In this document: piece by piece, positions 34,624 to 47,668 of the stretch
Position numbering within the stretch: the stretch's first letter is position 1
Layout of the letters: the number at the start of each line of letters is the position of its first letter
NCBI RefSeq assembly: GCF_006345805.1
Contig: NC_042998.1
Span: 134,602,001 to 134,666,000, forward strand
Source: Octopus sinensis
Lineage: Eukaryota
Direction: 5' to 3'
Length of the DNA: 64,000 bases
Notes under the pieces: model-generated
What the model saw: the letters and a program-made list of their open reading frames with translations, nothing else
What the model was told of the DNA's origin: nothing
Databases searched by the model: none
Translations under genes and position numbers: made by a program

Positions 34624-35908
34624 TTAGATTGGCAACTAAGTTCCTGCCGTTTTTTTTTTAATTAAAATTTTTTAATAGGTTTAATAAAAAATAACAACTA
34701 ATTAATCAATAATGTATTCATCCTTGTTGTTTACAACTTCTTCCCAACGTTCAACAAGATTTTCAATACCTCGTTGGTAGAAATCACCCGATTTCGACTC
34801 GAAAAATTGATCCAACCAAGCTCTCAATTCTGCGTCAGTATTTAACGAAACTCCGCGCATAGCATTTGAAAGAGATCGAAAGAGGTGGAAATCCGTTGGT
34901 GCGAAATCAGAAAAGCACGGCGGGTGTGGTAGCACTTCCCAGCCATGCGTTTGAATGGCTTCCTTGGTCATATTGGCGATATGAGGGCAGGTGTTGTCGT
35001 GCAGCATATGAACTCGATGCTGCCGATTAGGTCTTTTCTCTTGAATAGCCGTATTGAGTCGGTCCATCTGTTGAACATAGAATTCCACGTTGACGGTTTG
35101 GTTCCGTTCAAGCAATTCGTAATGGATAATCCCTTCCGAGTCTCGCCATACGCACAACATCGTTTTACGCGGATGATCTTGTTTCGCGTGCGGTGTCGCT
35201 TGTTTACCGGTGCTAAGCCATTCCTTACGCTGCTTCATATTGATGTACAGCCACCATTTTTCGTCGCCAGGAGCGATTCAGTAAAGAAATCGTTGCTTGT
35301 GTCCATGAGTTGAGCGGTGACGAGCAAGCAAACCCAGCGGAGATTGTGGTTCGTTGATTTTTGTTGTCACTTAAAGCATGCGGAACCCATGCCCCACACT
35401 TTTGAACCTTTCCCATTGAGTGAAGATGCTTCTCTATAGCAGTGTGGGAGCATTACATTTTCTCTGCCAGTTCCCTAGTTGTTTGACGAGAATTTTCGTG
35501 CAAAAGTTGGTTTAATCGCTCTTCATCGAACTCAACTGGACGGCGAGAACGAGGTGCATCTTTGAGGACAAAATTTCCATTTTTGAACTTAGCATACCAA
35601 TCATGAGCGGTTCTTTCAGCTATGGCACCCTCTCCATACACAGCACAAATGTCGCAAGCAGTTTTTGCGGCCTTAGAACCTTGATTAAAAGCAAAAAGAA
35701 GGTGTCGAAAATGCTCGTTTTTCTTAACTTGATATTCCATTTTAATGATCTGAAAATAAACAAAAATTAACTAAAATTAACTAGAAAAAAAAAAAAGATT
35801 CCAAAATGATTCAAAAATAGAATTCTCCAAAAAAATAGATTCCAGAATTTAAAAACGCAATAAATTCCAAAATTTAAAAAAACGGCGGGAACTTAGTTGC
35901 TAACCCAA
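34624..35908 (-). mobile_element. Near full-length mariner (mellifera-subfamily-like) with a frameshifted transposase at 35740-34702
   Basis: TIRs TTAGATTGGCAACTAAGTTC and GAACTTAGTTGCTAACCCAA with TA TSD. Motifs EHFRHLL, AVYGEGA, WVPHAL, MLCVW, LHDN and HPPCFSDFAPTDFHLF (YSPDLAP-like). Length 1285 bp. Confidence 0.95.
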
Positions 35909-36625
35909 TATACGTGTGTGTGTGTACGCGCGCGCGCCTTTATGTGTGCGTGTGTCCTTGTGCATGTGTATATGTAAGTATACACATGTGGGTGTATGTA
36001 TTTGCATTCATTGGTGTATGTATTTTATTCAAGAAGAGTTGTTGTACGTACGCATACACAAATTTTATGTCTCTCGTTACGTATCAGATGCTATTTAACA
36101 TTTACACGTGATAACATTGCACATTGTACTTACCCTTCGTAATGCGCACGCACACATATGCACACCAATATTTTGAGTTTCTTTACTTTCTCTTTCACTT
36201 TCTCTCCCTCGCTCGTGCTCTCCCGTTCACACCTCTCTTTCCCGCTTCTTCTCCCCTTCTCCACATTTATTCTATTTCTCGCTCTCATCCCATCCTTCAT
36301 TTTCTTTTGACTCACTTTCACTACTGTATCTTTATTTTCGGTCCTGCTATCCCTCACCCAACTGCATTTTTTTTGCTCTATACCTGCCATGTAAACAGAG
36401 GTTAAAAATTCGGAATGGTTTTTTTTTTCTTTCTATCTGTGATATAGGTTGTACCATCTTAGTTTTCTGCCATTGACATAATTATTTTCATTGTACACAT
36501 GCTTCCATTGTTGTCGTTTCATATCGTATTTCTACACTGTTCCCGGTACTTGTTTGCATGCTTTACTTCATGTATTTTCTGTTTCCATGTCTCCCCTGTC
36601 TTATTATCTTCCTCGTTTTATTTGC

Positions 36626-36630
<5 letters not shown>

Positions 36631-36679
<49 letters not shown>

Positions 36680-36682
36680 CTT

Positions 36683-36768
<86 letters not shown>
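36631..36768. repeat. (TC)n(TA)n microsatellite
   Basis: Direct reading. Confidence 0.95.
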
Positions 36769-36771
<3 letters not shown>

Positions 36772-36933
36772 TAGAGAAGAACCACCATGTAGCAATTCAA
36801 CAATTATATAATTAAATCATAATATATAGGAAAAAATTAAATATACGATAAAACATATACCTATAATTAAGTAAAGTACAAAATAACAAATAAATAGTAT
36901 ATGTGGCTATATTTTCAAACTGATAACAGTATG

Positions 36934-37015
<82 letters not shown>

Positions 37016-37020
37016 TGCGT

Positions 37021-37487
37021 GGAGGCGCAATGGTTAGGGCAGCGGACTCGCGGTCGTAGGATCGCAGTTTCGATTCCCAGACCGGGCATTGTGAGTGTTT
37101 ATTGAGCGAAAACACCTAAAGCTCTACGAGACTCCGGCAGGGGTTGGTGGTGAACCCTGCTGTACTCTTTAACCACAACTTTCTCTCGCTCTTTCCTCCT
37201 GTTTCTGTTGTACCTGTATTTCAAAGGGCCAGCCTTGTCACACTCTGTGTCATGCTGAATCTCCCCGAGAACTACGTTAATAAATGAGCTGCGACGTCAC
37301 TGGTGCCAAGCTGTATCGGCCTTTGCCTTTCTCTTGGATAACATGGTGGCGTGGAGAGGGGAGGCTGGTATGCGTAGGCGACTGCTGGTCTTCCATAAGC
37401 AGCCTTGCCCAGACTTGTGCCTCGGAGGGTAACCTTCTAGGTGTAACCCCATGGTCATTCCTGACCGAATGGGGTCACAACAACAAC

Positions 37488-37497
<10 letters not shown>
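37021..37497 (+). mobile_element. tRNA-derived SINE family C with (CAA)n tail
   Basis: tRNA-like head TGGTTAGGGCAGCGGACTCGCGG..GTTTCGATTCC. The body ends GGGGTC(ACA)n. Confidence 0.75.
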
Positions 37498-37555
<58 letters not shown>

Positions 37556-37959
37556 CTATCTATCTTTATATATACATATATGATACACACATATATATAT
37601 ATGTATGCATGTATTTATGAGGTGTGTGTATGTATATGCATATATGTACGCGTTTGTGTATATATGGATGTATACTTTAGTATGCGTATAAAGACTTTTA
37701 TCTATAGATATACATATGTTTATAGGTACAGATGTGTCTGCGTATATGTGAATGGATCATAATTGCTTGTGAGTTATGCATACACATATGTACATGTGTA
37801 TGTGTATGTACGAGTAGACACATTTAGATGTACACATATGTATAAATATATAAGTGTATATCGTTTTACACACATGCATCCCCCACAACAACAACAACAA
37901 GCAGCCCATTCTGAAATAATTCTGATGATATAATAATTACATTAGGCCGGGTTTAGGTA

Positions 37960-38479
37960 CTGTAAATCCTCGAGTATGGTCCGCCCTTGAGTATAATACG
38001 CAGGGGATTTTTAGGGGGCTGTACTTCTGAAAAACCTAAACCTTGTGTATAATACGCATCCCTTCTCTAACTTGAGTCGTGCATAATTAAGCCAGCAGTA
38101 CCTAGTCGAACAAATACTTCCGCGCATGCGTAATACAATAATGGTGATGTTCTTAACTATTATATGGGAATGTAAATATGTTTGCAAATTGTTTTTGTTA
38201 CATGTTATTCTGTGTTCTGAATACTTTTATTTAATAAATGTTGTTTACTGCAAGTTATGGATGATTCTTTTATGAATTCATTGCTTTTAGGTTTAGCTTA
38301 ATGTATTTTCGCGCCCGACATCACAAATTGCGTCTGAATAAACATTGCCGGACAGCAAATAGAAACTCGGACATTGCTTAGAAAATATTTTTCATTTTTA
38401 ACATCGTATATAGTACGCACTAGGGATTTTTACCTTTAAATTTTGGGAAAAAATGTGGATTATACTCGAGGATTTACAG
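37960..38479. mobile_element. Tc1/mariner-superfamily (pogo/Tc2-type) MITE
   Basis: TIR CTGTAAATCCTCGAGTAT / ATACTCGAGGATTTACAG flanked by TA on both sides. Confidence 0.85.
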
Positions 38480-38629
38480 TAATTCGGCCTTCATTCATCA
38501 CCGAAAAACATGTAGGGATGCTATGAATGAATAATTTTGAAACGAACTCTTCAGTCTTGTTTTCACTACATGCATGCATATAATACATACATACCTGCGA
38601 ATACACACACACACACACACACACGGACA

Positions 38630-40400
38630 AAATGAATGTGCGGTGTAACGATCAAACTGGAGTAAAATTAATTATGGACAAACCATTCCTTCTAGTCAGC
38701 TGTTGACTGAAGATCAAGGCAATTTTATCATGCTATCAATAGGATTGCTCATTTTAATGTGCCTAGAAATGGTGTGGAAAACAGGACAATAATTGTGCGA
38801 AAATATACGAAAAATTAGGTATTACAAATATTTAAGTCTGTTTATTTAACAGAAGATCAGCTCTTATGGCTGAGACAGAGGGAACAGAAAGCAACAGACC
38901 AGAGACGGACATGCATGCAGCAACGCTTACAGCCTTTGAAGTAGGAAATTTTTGAAATCTTGTACAGTCTTGTGGTTGTAGTTTTCCAAATTGGAAGTTG
39001 GAGATCCTTGATGTGTTGTTGTATATGAAAGAGAAGAGTTCGTAGAAGGGTTCGGGATGTTGATTTGCTTTAAGGAGGCAAAGAATCTAATGTTTCGGTA
39101 TTCAGTGAGAGACAATGTGTAAAACTTTTTCCTGCCTTGCAAAGCGGTCTGAAAAGTATTACAGGCCCCGGACAAATCAATGCACCGGTCCCTAAATTCT
39201 TTCATTAATAGCAATCCACAGCATACATAAATCAGAATTGGTACCAAGGCTCGTGAGGCCGCCGAGCAATTGGCCAGTGTACCATGCCTTAAGACCACTG
39301 CTGCTTTGGTCACCAGATTGCGAGTGAAAAATTGAATAAAGTAAAAGAATGCTGTAAAGGGGTTGGTGTTAGGAGAGAGTGAGGGAAAACCAGAAATGGT
39401 GGTGGAAATACTCCTGTATGTGTACGATCAGTAAAAAAGTAAAAGTGAAAGAAGAATAGAGTGAGGTGACATTTGTAACAATATCCATTTCAGCTGAAAT
39501 GAAAGCGGGGTGGTGAGTTTCATGTCAAGTGAGGTGGGAGAGTCAGGAGTGGGAATGCAAAGCCCATTCAAACAAAGTGGGCGTAGAAAAGAAATGATCG
39601 GGCGAACTGGTAGAGAAATGAAATGAGTAAATAGTGAATGGGAGTGTAAAAAATTAAGAAGCTATAAGGAGTGGTCTGAATATAAAGACACAAAATGTCT
39701 AACTTCTGGAAAGGGGATAAGTCCACGTTGGCAAAAACAGCACATAACTTATGAAACTAGGCAGTACATCGACGTATATACGTGTATTCTTTATTTTGAT
39801 GCAATTATTGGTTTCTTTCTTCATAGCCTTCGTAGTTGCGTGACTAGAGTGGGAGAGGTCCATTCTGGACTACATTTTATAGAGTCGGTACTTTTGGGTC
39901 TGCTGTATAAGCCTGTATTAATTTGTGTCCCGGTGTGGGTAGCAAACTCAAGAGCTGCCCCGGGTGGCACACACTCTAGTAACGTCACTGAACCTTCGTA
40001 TATCCTCAAAAACCGGACAGATTGATGCGGTTATTATTTTTCTTCTACAGTCGTAAATTGGACAACCGCAAGAAAACCATGTAAAGGAAGGAAGATCCAG
40101 AGGGTTAGTGTAAGAACTTCGAATGGTTAGATTCACCCAGTACTGACCGATCTATAGACATTGGGTTTTCAAATGTACAGCTGGATCCGTAAAAATAATG
40201 ATAAATCGATAAAATTGCTAGGTTTGTAATTTATATTACATGCAACTAGATCCACACTAGCGTAATCTGACTTGGTTATAGTAACACATGTACAGAACAA
40301 TGCGAATACATAAGCACCGTACAACAAAGAGTAGTTTTTGAGGGTTGATGGGTATTGAGTAGGTTGAAGGTTGAAAGCAGAAGCAAACGAAATTACAGCA
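38630..40400 (-). mobile_element. Probable highly degenerate retroelement fragment (unclassified)
   Basis: Higher-complexity, more GC-rich tract with broken minus-strand frames (38927-39313, 39821-40136). No diagnostic motif was recognised. Confidence 0.25.
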
Positions 40401-40410
40401 TGTCTTACGG

Positions 40411-42228
40411 CAGTGTTTTCCAAACTGTGTGTCGCGGCACATTATTGTGCCGCCAGCAGGGTGTAGGTGTATTGCCTACGTACGGGAAACCAGTATATAA
40501 AATACCCAATACCAATTTGTTTCAGTTTTTCAGAATCTGTTTTTTTTTTCTTTTTAGCAAAGTGAACTCGTCAATGCACGTACCTTCCGGCTATCGTTTC
40601 CCACTTAATGTTTGGAGGCGAGATTAAAAAAAGAGAAAAAGACACAATAATTTTCATTATATAAAGCTCATTTTCATTGTATCTTATTTAGTGTAAAATT
40701 AACATATTGCAAGAGCTATTCTCTTGTTTGGAGTAAATGGAAAATCGATTAAAATTTTCAGATACGCACCTGTTTTAGTGAGCGAAACACACTGGAACTG
40801 CTTTCAAATTACCTAAAGTTATCGCTCACCTATACTGGTATTACGCATTACTGAGGGTGAACTAATAATTATGAAATCACATTAAATTCATGTCACACTT
40901 GCCCCTTGTTCGTCAGTCGCGCGGGCTTAGCCTTAGGAACTGAGTGTTCTAATTAAGCGCAACGTGCCATTTCTAATTTTACCGCTCTTAGTGCTGGTGA
41001 TATTAATTACATGTTTAGTTATCATAACTTTATAATAAAACAGCTTGATCTTATTCATAAATTGTAATTAAATTACTCATAAAATGGATAAGTTTTTAAT
41101 TAAGAAAAGAAAAGTTGCAGAAGATGGCATTTCTAATGAACAAAACTTAACAGCTACGAAGGAAACGACTCAAACAACTGTTGAACGACCTGCATCAGTG
41201 AGTGAGAAGGGCACAGGGAAATTTTTTAAATCCCGTTTATATAACAAAGATTATATAAAACTGAGCTTCACATTTTCTGGAAATGAAAATAACGCTAGTC
41301 TCCTGCGTTTAGTTTGTGGGTATATACTTGCAAGCGAAAGTATGGTACCAAACAAATTACAGCGTCATTTCAACACTAGGCACGGAAATCTATATATATA
41401 AAACTGTAGTTGTGTGAGTGTCTGTCCCCTTCGATTTAGATTCCTAACTACTCCCACATTTTGCGGTGCAGTTTAACTAAAACCGGGTATGTTATAGTCG
41501 TGATTCATATCGAGCCCTTCTGGGTATTAGCGCGCGTCTACGATGAGTCTACGATTTTTAAAATAATTTAACATCATTTTTTATTCCATTTTAATGCATA
41601 ATTTTTCGTGTGTCGATGGCGGCGGAGTTGGCGTCCATGGTCACACCTGCACCTGTTTGCTTCTCCCCCTTCTTCCCTCCCTCGTGAAGCTGTGGGGAAG
41701 GGAGTGTAAGGAAATCAACGTCGTAAAGCGTTGTCAAGGAGACCAGCGTTCTTTTAGAACAACGACTTCATGGCTTGAAGACACCAAAACAGAAATGGCT
41801 AAGAAAGCCCGAATTGGCATCTATAAGGGAAGTAACTCTCTAAAAAATGCTTATATAGTTATTTCCCTTACAAACCCGAGCAACGCCGGGCGATACTGCT
41901 AGTTTCTCTATAAAACCAGTGGAATACTTCACCGAACTTGCAAAATGTCTAAAAAATAAACAAAACAAAAAAAAAACAGGTTTCAATGTTCACAAAGAGA
42001 ATAAAGATATCTGACAAAGCTCAAGAGGCAAGTTACTTGGTTGCTCAAATAATTGCCAAAAACAATGAACGACACAATATTGCTGAAAGTACTACAAAGG
42101 AATCTTGCTGTTGTTCGAACAATGTTTGGACCCAAATTTGAGACAGAAGTTAGATATGCCTAATGACATTAAGCTGCAAATGAAGGATACTTTTCAAGAT
42201 AATAACATGATGTTTGCATTGCAGTTCT
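40411..42228 (+). mobile_element. 5' part of a hAT (Buster/Charlie-like) transposon, interrupted by a Helitron
   Basis: TIR CAGTGTTTTCCAAACT. ORF 41084 reads MDKFL..YNKDYIKLSF..VCGYILASESMVPNKLQRHFNTRH (BED-finger-like) and resumes after 41902 as KPVEYF..AQEASYLVAQIIAK..HNIAE..FALQ. No right TIR was seen. Confidence 0.85.
41389..41902 (+). mobile_element. Non-autonomous Helitron (514 bp) nested in the hAT transposase
   Basis: A|TCTATATATA start, hairpin CCCGAGCAACGCCGGG and CTAG|T end. Confidence 0.9.
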
Positions 42229-42899
42229 GAGCAGGCCTATGATCAAAAGGCATTCCAGTTCGAGCTGCTAGAAATAGCAGTAAAATCTGGTTCAAATCAC
42301 ACAACTACGGTCTTTGGAAAGGAAGAACACATTAGATAATGTAGTCTTAGATTGTCTGAAAAAAGCACTCCGTCTGTTGAATCCAAGATTCAACGGCTGA
42401 AATACCTTTGATCATAGGTCTGCTCGATTAAACTTGGCCCAGAACTAAAGAGCAACAATTATATGAGCAATTAGTCAGTGCAGGAAGTCTCAAAATTCTG
42501 GTACTAGTAATAAATATCATCTTCAAAATATTCCTGCAGGATACTGATGAAATTATATTGGTATGATGAGCCACAGCTTAATGGTGGACAACCTCAACTA
42601 AAATGCTGCAGAAAGCTAACAGTCATGCATGCTACATATTCTATGCATGTAATAAAACATTTGCTTTGTAGCAATTAGATTCCGTAGTTTGTTAAAATTG
42701 TAAGCTACGTGTATTAGATGAATGATCAGGACGAGTTAGTAGATTATTGGGAACTGTCTATACGTATGATGAGTTGCAAAAAAAAAAAAACTAGATAATT
42801 ATGCTGCTTTGTCCTATAAATAATTTCTATCACTAAATATAATCGATCTCTTAAAAGAAAAATTTTAAATTAAAAACAACGAAGAGCCAAGTAAAATAA

Positions 42900-43030
42900 T
42901 CTTCATCTCCGGAAGTCTTTATTTGGTCTAATTATTTACTGCAACACCGGGTGACGGCTAGACGCCATGTTACACACAGTACAGTGTGTGTTCGTAGATA
43001 AGGAAATATAATAGCCGCCCAGTAAGGTTT
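42900..43030. promoter_or_regulatory. Candidate (possibly bidirectional) housekeeping-type promoter
   Basis: ETS site CCGGAAGT (42909-42916), YY1-like CGCCATGTT (42963-42971), GC-box-like GCCGCCC and a donor-like GTAAGG at 43022, all in unique sequence. Confidence 0.35.
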
Positions 43031-44174
43031 GGTTTATTGTAATTGACAGATCGTCTTTCAAGTAAGCATTGTTTAATTATATCCCTGGCAGATTTTAGAT
43101 TTTTAAAATAAAAATCTAAACTGGAACCCGAAATTTCAACTTTTCCCCTCGATGAACACACCTCATTTATAAATGTGCATGTGTGTGTATATATATATAT
43201 ATATATTTGTGAATAATATATCCTCTGTTTACAATATTTCATAGCTTGTTATTAACTTTTGAATGGTCTACGATCAGGCGATTTATATATATACACACAC
43301 AAGTAGGAAGGAAACAGTACTCATTGCACTGGGGTACAGTGTTTATGCATGTTTTTATTGGAAGCTTTAGTTTTGTATATAAGATCACTTGTCGAACGTG
43401 TGTGTACAGGAAAAATAATATGCGAAGCTGGGGCCCATCGTAAAGTTATTGTTTTCCTTGTTTTATAAATAAGCCCTTGGAAGTTGCTACTGTTTGCAAA
43501 TACATTTTCATAATTGTTCTTCGTTTCCTGTTATTCTTGCTCTTTCCTCAGCCTTTTTTTTTTTTATGCTTTCTTTTTAAACTATTTTCTTAGAATTATC
43601 TCATCCTTGCCCACTCCTCTATGTTTCTCTCTGTGATGTTATATATATCCTCGATTCTTGGCTACTATTTTACCATTCGCTTGGACGGATTGCAAACATT
43701 AAATTAAAACGCTATTTTTCCCAATGTAGCACAATTCGATTTTAATTCAATGACTTTATATTCTATATTCGATTGCCAAAATTCTACCTATCATAGTGTT
43801 ATTAGTACTGTTATTATTTTCTCATATATCTCAATATACATCATCTACATTTTTAGAAAGCAACCCACTATTGTATGCAACTCCGGGTAGATGTTTACTC
43901 TGGATGCTGGAGTTGTAATGTGGGTTCATTTTTGGAACCTTGGTTTTTTTTTATTAGCTTTTTTTTTGTGTATGACACGAAATTTGTTTTTCGTTTACAA
44001 ATTTCACCAAGTTTTGTTTAAAAATGGAAGAATTTGACTTTTGTTTATGTATAATGTATATGTACGTGTTAGTCACTGGAAATATCTTACAGGAACCTGT
44101 TAGCAACAAACTTAATGCTTATATATCTGTGTGTATGTGTGAGAGTAGATACACATACGTGTATTATATATATT

Positions 44175-44285
44175 AAAAATGGGTAAGGCCGGTTTATGGT
44201 ATTACCTTAGGTTCCCGTCCACAAATTGTTTAGCTTTATGGACGGGAAACCTAAGGTAATGACATAAACAGGCCTTTCCTATTTT
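44175..44285. repeat. Inverted repeat with ~48-bp arms
   Basis: AGGCCGGTTTATGGTATTACCTTAGGTTCCCGTCCA versus TGGACGGGAAACCTAAGGTAATGACATAAACAGGCCT. Confidence 0.85.
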
Positions 44286-45037
44286 GAGCATATACTGGTC
44301 TACATTTTAAAGAATGCCTCTCTTTTCGGATTTATGTTTTCTGCAAACGAGATATGTATATGCATACAGTTGTTTTTAATATATATTGAACTATGTTGTT
44401 GAGACCAAATTAAATACTGTTAGATAATGACATAAATATATCAAGAAACTCCAGCTTGTAAAATACACAAACTCTACGTATTCATAATTCTTTTCATCAA
44501 TCCATGTGTGTGTATGTGTGTATAATGTCCAGTAAAATTAGATTTATTCCATTTTCAACAGCTGACATTTCTCAGGAAATCTAATGCGATAGAATAAATG
44601 TTTGTTACTTTCATTCAGCATAAAATAAATTAGAGGCTAAAATATTCTTTTTTTATTTATTTATCCTCTAAAACTGCTTTCTTTACATTTCCTCGCTCGA
44701 TGTAAGCAGAGTACTTATCCAAATTTTGGCTGGCGTTCAATTCCCAATGTCATGTGTAGGCTAATTTGTCGGAAACTTTGTTTAACGTCTGCCTAAAACT
44801 TCTGCTAATTTTATACAAAGTTTCTGAAATACAGTAACCTTGTAACTAGTCATATCTCAATTTCTGCGGGGCGGCATTTTAAAACACTAAATGACTTAAG
44901 TTAGTTTTAAATGTTAATACTACATAACTAATCGAAAAAAAGTTTTTTTTTTCACCTGCAGTTTCTCGCTGCTACGATTACCTTTCTAAAAGCCATTAAG
45001 CATCGTAACTTTTCACCTAGTCTTCTAGACCGTCGGG

Positions 45038-45444
45038 GGATCTTTTCGGTTTGAACGGCAGTTTTTTCTAGCGGTGTCATATGAAATTGTCACCTATAAT
45101 TATGATCCTAGTATCGATCTATTGCAGTTCACTCTGTTTTAGGGTTAGGGGTGGGGGGAAAGGTATCTTTTTTTCTTCACAAATGTAAATAAACCCAATC
45201 TGTTTCTTAAACGAAGGACATATTCATACGGCACAGAATGTTTTTTTTTTACCTCAATAGACGTCATTGATTGGTTGAAATTGAAGAAAAACAACAATAA
45301 ATATCTTACAGACTATAGAATTTTCTCAATAAAGCCAAGAGAAAAAGATGTTTTATAAACACATTCTACCAGTATACGAAGTTTAAAAGTGTTTAGCTAC
45401 GTGGAAATTATTTTAAAAAATTGCCGTTCAAACCGAAAAGATCC
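45038..45444. mobile_element. Merlin-like MITE (GG..CC termini, 8-bp TSD) with internal TTAGGG-like repeats
   Basis: TIR GGATCTTTTCGGTTTGAACGGCA / TGCCGTTCAAACCGAAAAGATCC. Flanks CCGTCGGG and CGGTCGGG match at 7 of 8 positions. Confidence 0.8.
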
Positions 45445-47394
45445 CGGTCGGGTTCTTTTCGTTTATTGTTATAACGGGTGCAATAAATAAGTTTTCTTTC
45501 TGTAAACCGATTCTATGAGTTTATTTTGATTTATTTTCCTATAAATTTCAGATAGGTATATGTGCAAGAAGTACTGCATTTATTTTTTGCTAAGTGCTTG
45601 AGTTAAGATTTTGAAGAACCGATTCCGTTACTAACTTCCTTGAAGAGCATGAATATTACAGATTGTATTTCTTCTTCCCTAAATTTACCTTATTTCATAT
45701 GTATATTAATTATTATTAGTGTTTTTAGTGTGATGTCGGAAAGGAAGCTTTATGTTATTTTGCATTTTGCTGAGTTAAACTTTTCTTCGTATTTCATTTC
45801 ATTACAACTGTAATACTTTGGTACTATACAATCAGTTAAACTTTGAAGACTTTCTGACTCTCGGGAGAAATGTACTGGCATTGTCGGATTCAGATTCCCA
45901 CCTTTTTAGTTTTAAGTCTAAATCTCACCGCAGTCTTGACCATAGTTCAGTTCTAATTCTCATCCTGGTCCTAATTGGTAGGGAAAAAAACAAATTGCTA
46001 GTATTCAACAAGGAAAATAAGTCATTGGAACTCGTGTTGTACAATTTTACCTATACACATATTTATACATAACTTGACACAACACAGTAATAGTTCCTTC
46101 TTTCTGATATCCAAATACTGAACAATAATTATTAAGATATGTATTCAAATCTGGATTAATAGATGTGTGCAGATCCAATTGCTTGATGTAAATACTGCTG
46201 GGGTTGTCTTTCCCTTTCTCCATTCCGGTATCAGTACAATTATTACCAAGAAGGACGAGACAGTTCAGTCGACTATAAATGTGTAAATATTTACAAACGC
46301 CTAGTATTTCTACATTCTGAAACTTTACTATGTATAAGCTGTTGATGTCATTCTGGAAGTAACTTCTATCATTCCAGTTCAGTTACAAATGAAATGATGG
46401 ACACATTTGTTATTTAGAAATAAACCGAATTAACTACTTGCATATGACACTCAATATTACACTATTAATAATTAAGGCTGTTATGTAAAATTTATACAGG
46501 TGTGTTCTACTATCATTTGCTTCAAACTATTGTCTAAGAAATTTAACTATCTAATCAGGTAGATATATATGTCATAATCACCGTTGTTTTTAATATCTGT
46601 TTTTCCATCTATACATTATGTCACCATTCATCTTGATCTTTTGTCATCTCATCTGTGAAGTCCAGCTTCCTGAGATTTTACGCCACAACTTCTTGTCATA
46701 CTTTCTTGTGGTACCCTCACCTGACAGTCTCACTCAGCGCACTCATCGTCCATCACAGATGTCTATTACCACTTCTGTTAGCTCTCTTTAGTTATGCAAC
46801 ACTTATTTCTACAAATATATCTTGTGAAGCAACTGTTGTATATCCTGCCAAAACATGGAATCTGAGCCATATTTTATTATCTTATATTACAGTGATATAA
46901 TACACAACTCTAAAGAATTTCATTCAAGCTAGAGATATACATTAATGAACAAACTACGTATGTTATCTTTATGTACTAAATATGTTAGAGCATAACTTAC
47001 AGTTGTTTTTTTTATATGGTCACCTGATTTGCCATATCTGCATATTTTAATTACTGCTGAGGTATAAGATTTTTACAGCAGAAAACAAATTATAAAACTT
47101 TACTGCTGCAGTAATATGCTTGATTTAAAAACATTTTTCTTGTCATATCTGACAAAGATTGAGGAGTAAAAAAAAAATTTGAGTTTGATAGTTTGTGAAG
47201 AACATTAATAAAATGAAAAATTCAAGCATGGAAGACACATATTAGCCATTCAGAAACACACAGTGACTGTTAACCTCACTTAAACATTTATTATTTGGTG
47301 TCAAAATTTTCATTGCATTATCTGCAAATTAATCACTGACATAGTACTTCTGCAACTTTCTAATACAATGCCTTTGGTCAGTATGGATAGGTCC

Positions 47395-47668
47395 ATCATC
47401 ATCATCATCGTTTAACGTCCACTTTCCATGCTAGCATGGGTTGGACGATTTGACTGAAGACTGGCGAACCAGATGGCTGCACCAGGCTCCAATCTTGATC
47501 TGGCAGAGTGTCTACAGCCAGATGCCCTTCCTAATGCCAACCACTCCAAGAGTGTAGTGGGTGCTTTTACGTGCCACTGGCATGGGGGCCAGTCAGGCAG
47601 TACTGGCAACGGCCACGCTCAAATGGTGTTTTTTACGTGCCACCAGCACAGGAGCCAGTCCAGTGGCC
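47395..47668 (-). mobile_element. RTE 3'-tail fragment (another older copy at 47935-48095)
   Basis: (CAT)n GTTTAACGTCC..CCATGCTAGCATGGG..GATGCCCTTCCTAATGCCAACCACTCC. Confidence 0.85.

Noticed and set aside
37021-37085. tRNA gene
   Set aside because: The tRNA-like head lacks a closed acceptor stem and runs into a SINE body and (CAA)n tail.
42560-42640. C/D-box snoRNA (ATGATGA motif)
   Set aside because: No D box (CTGA) or terminal stem at an appropriate distance.
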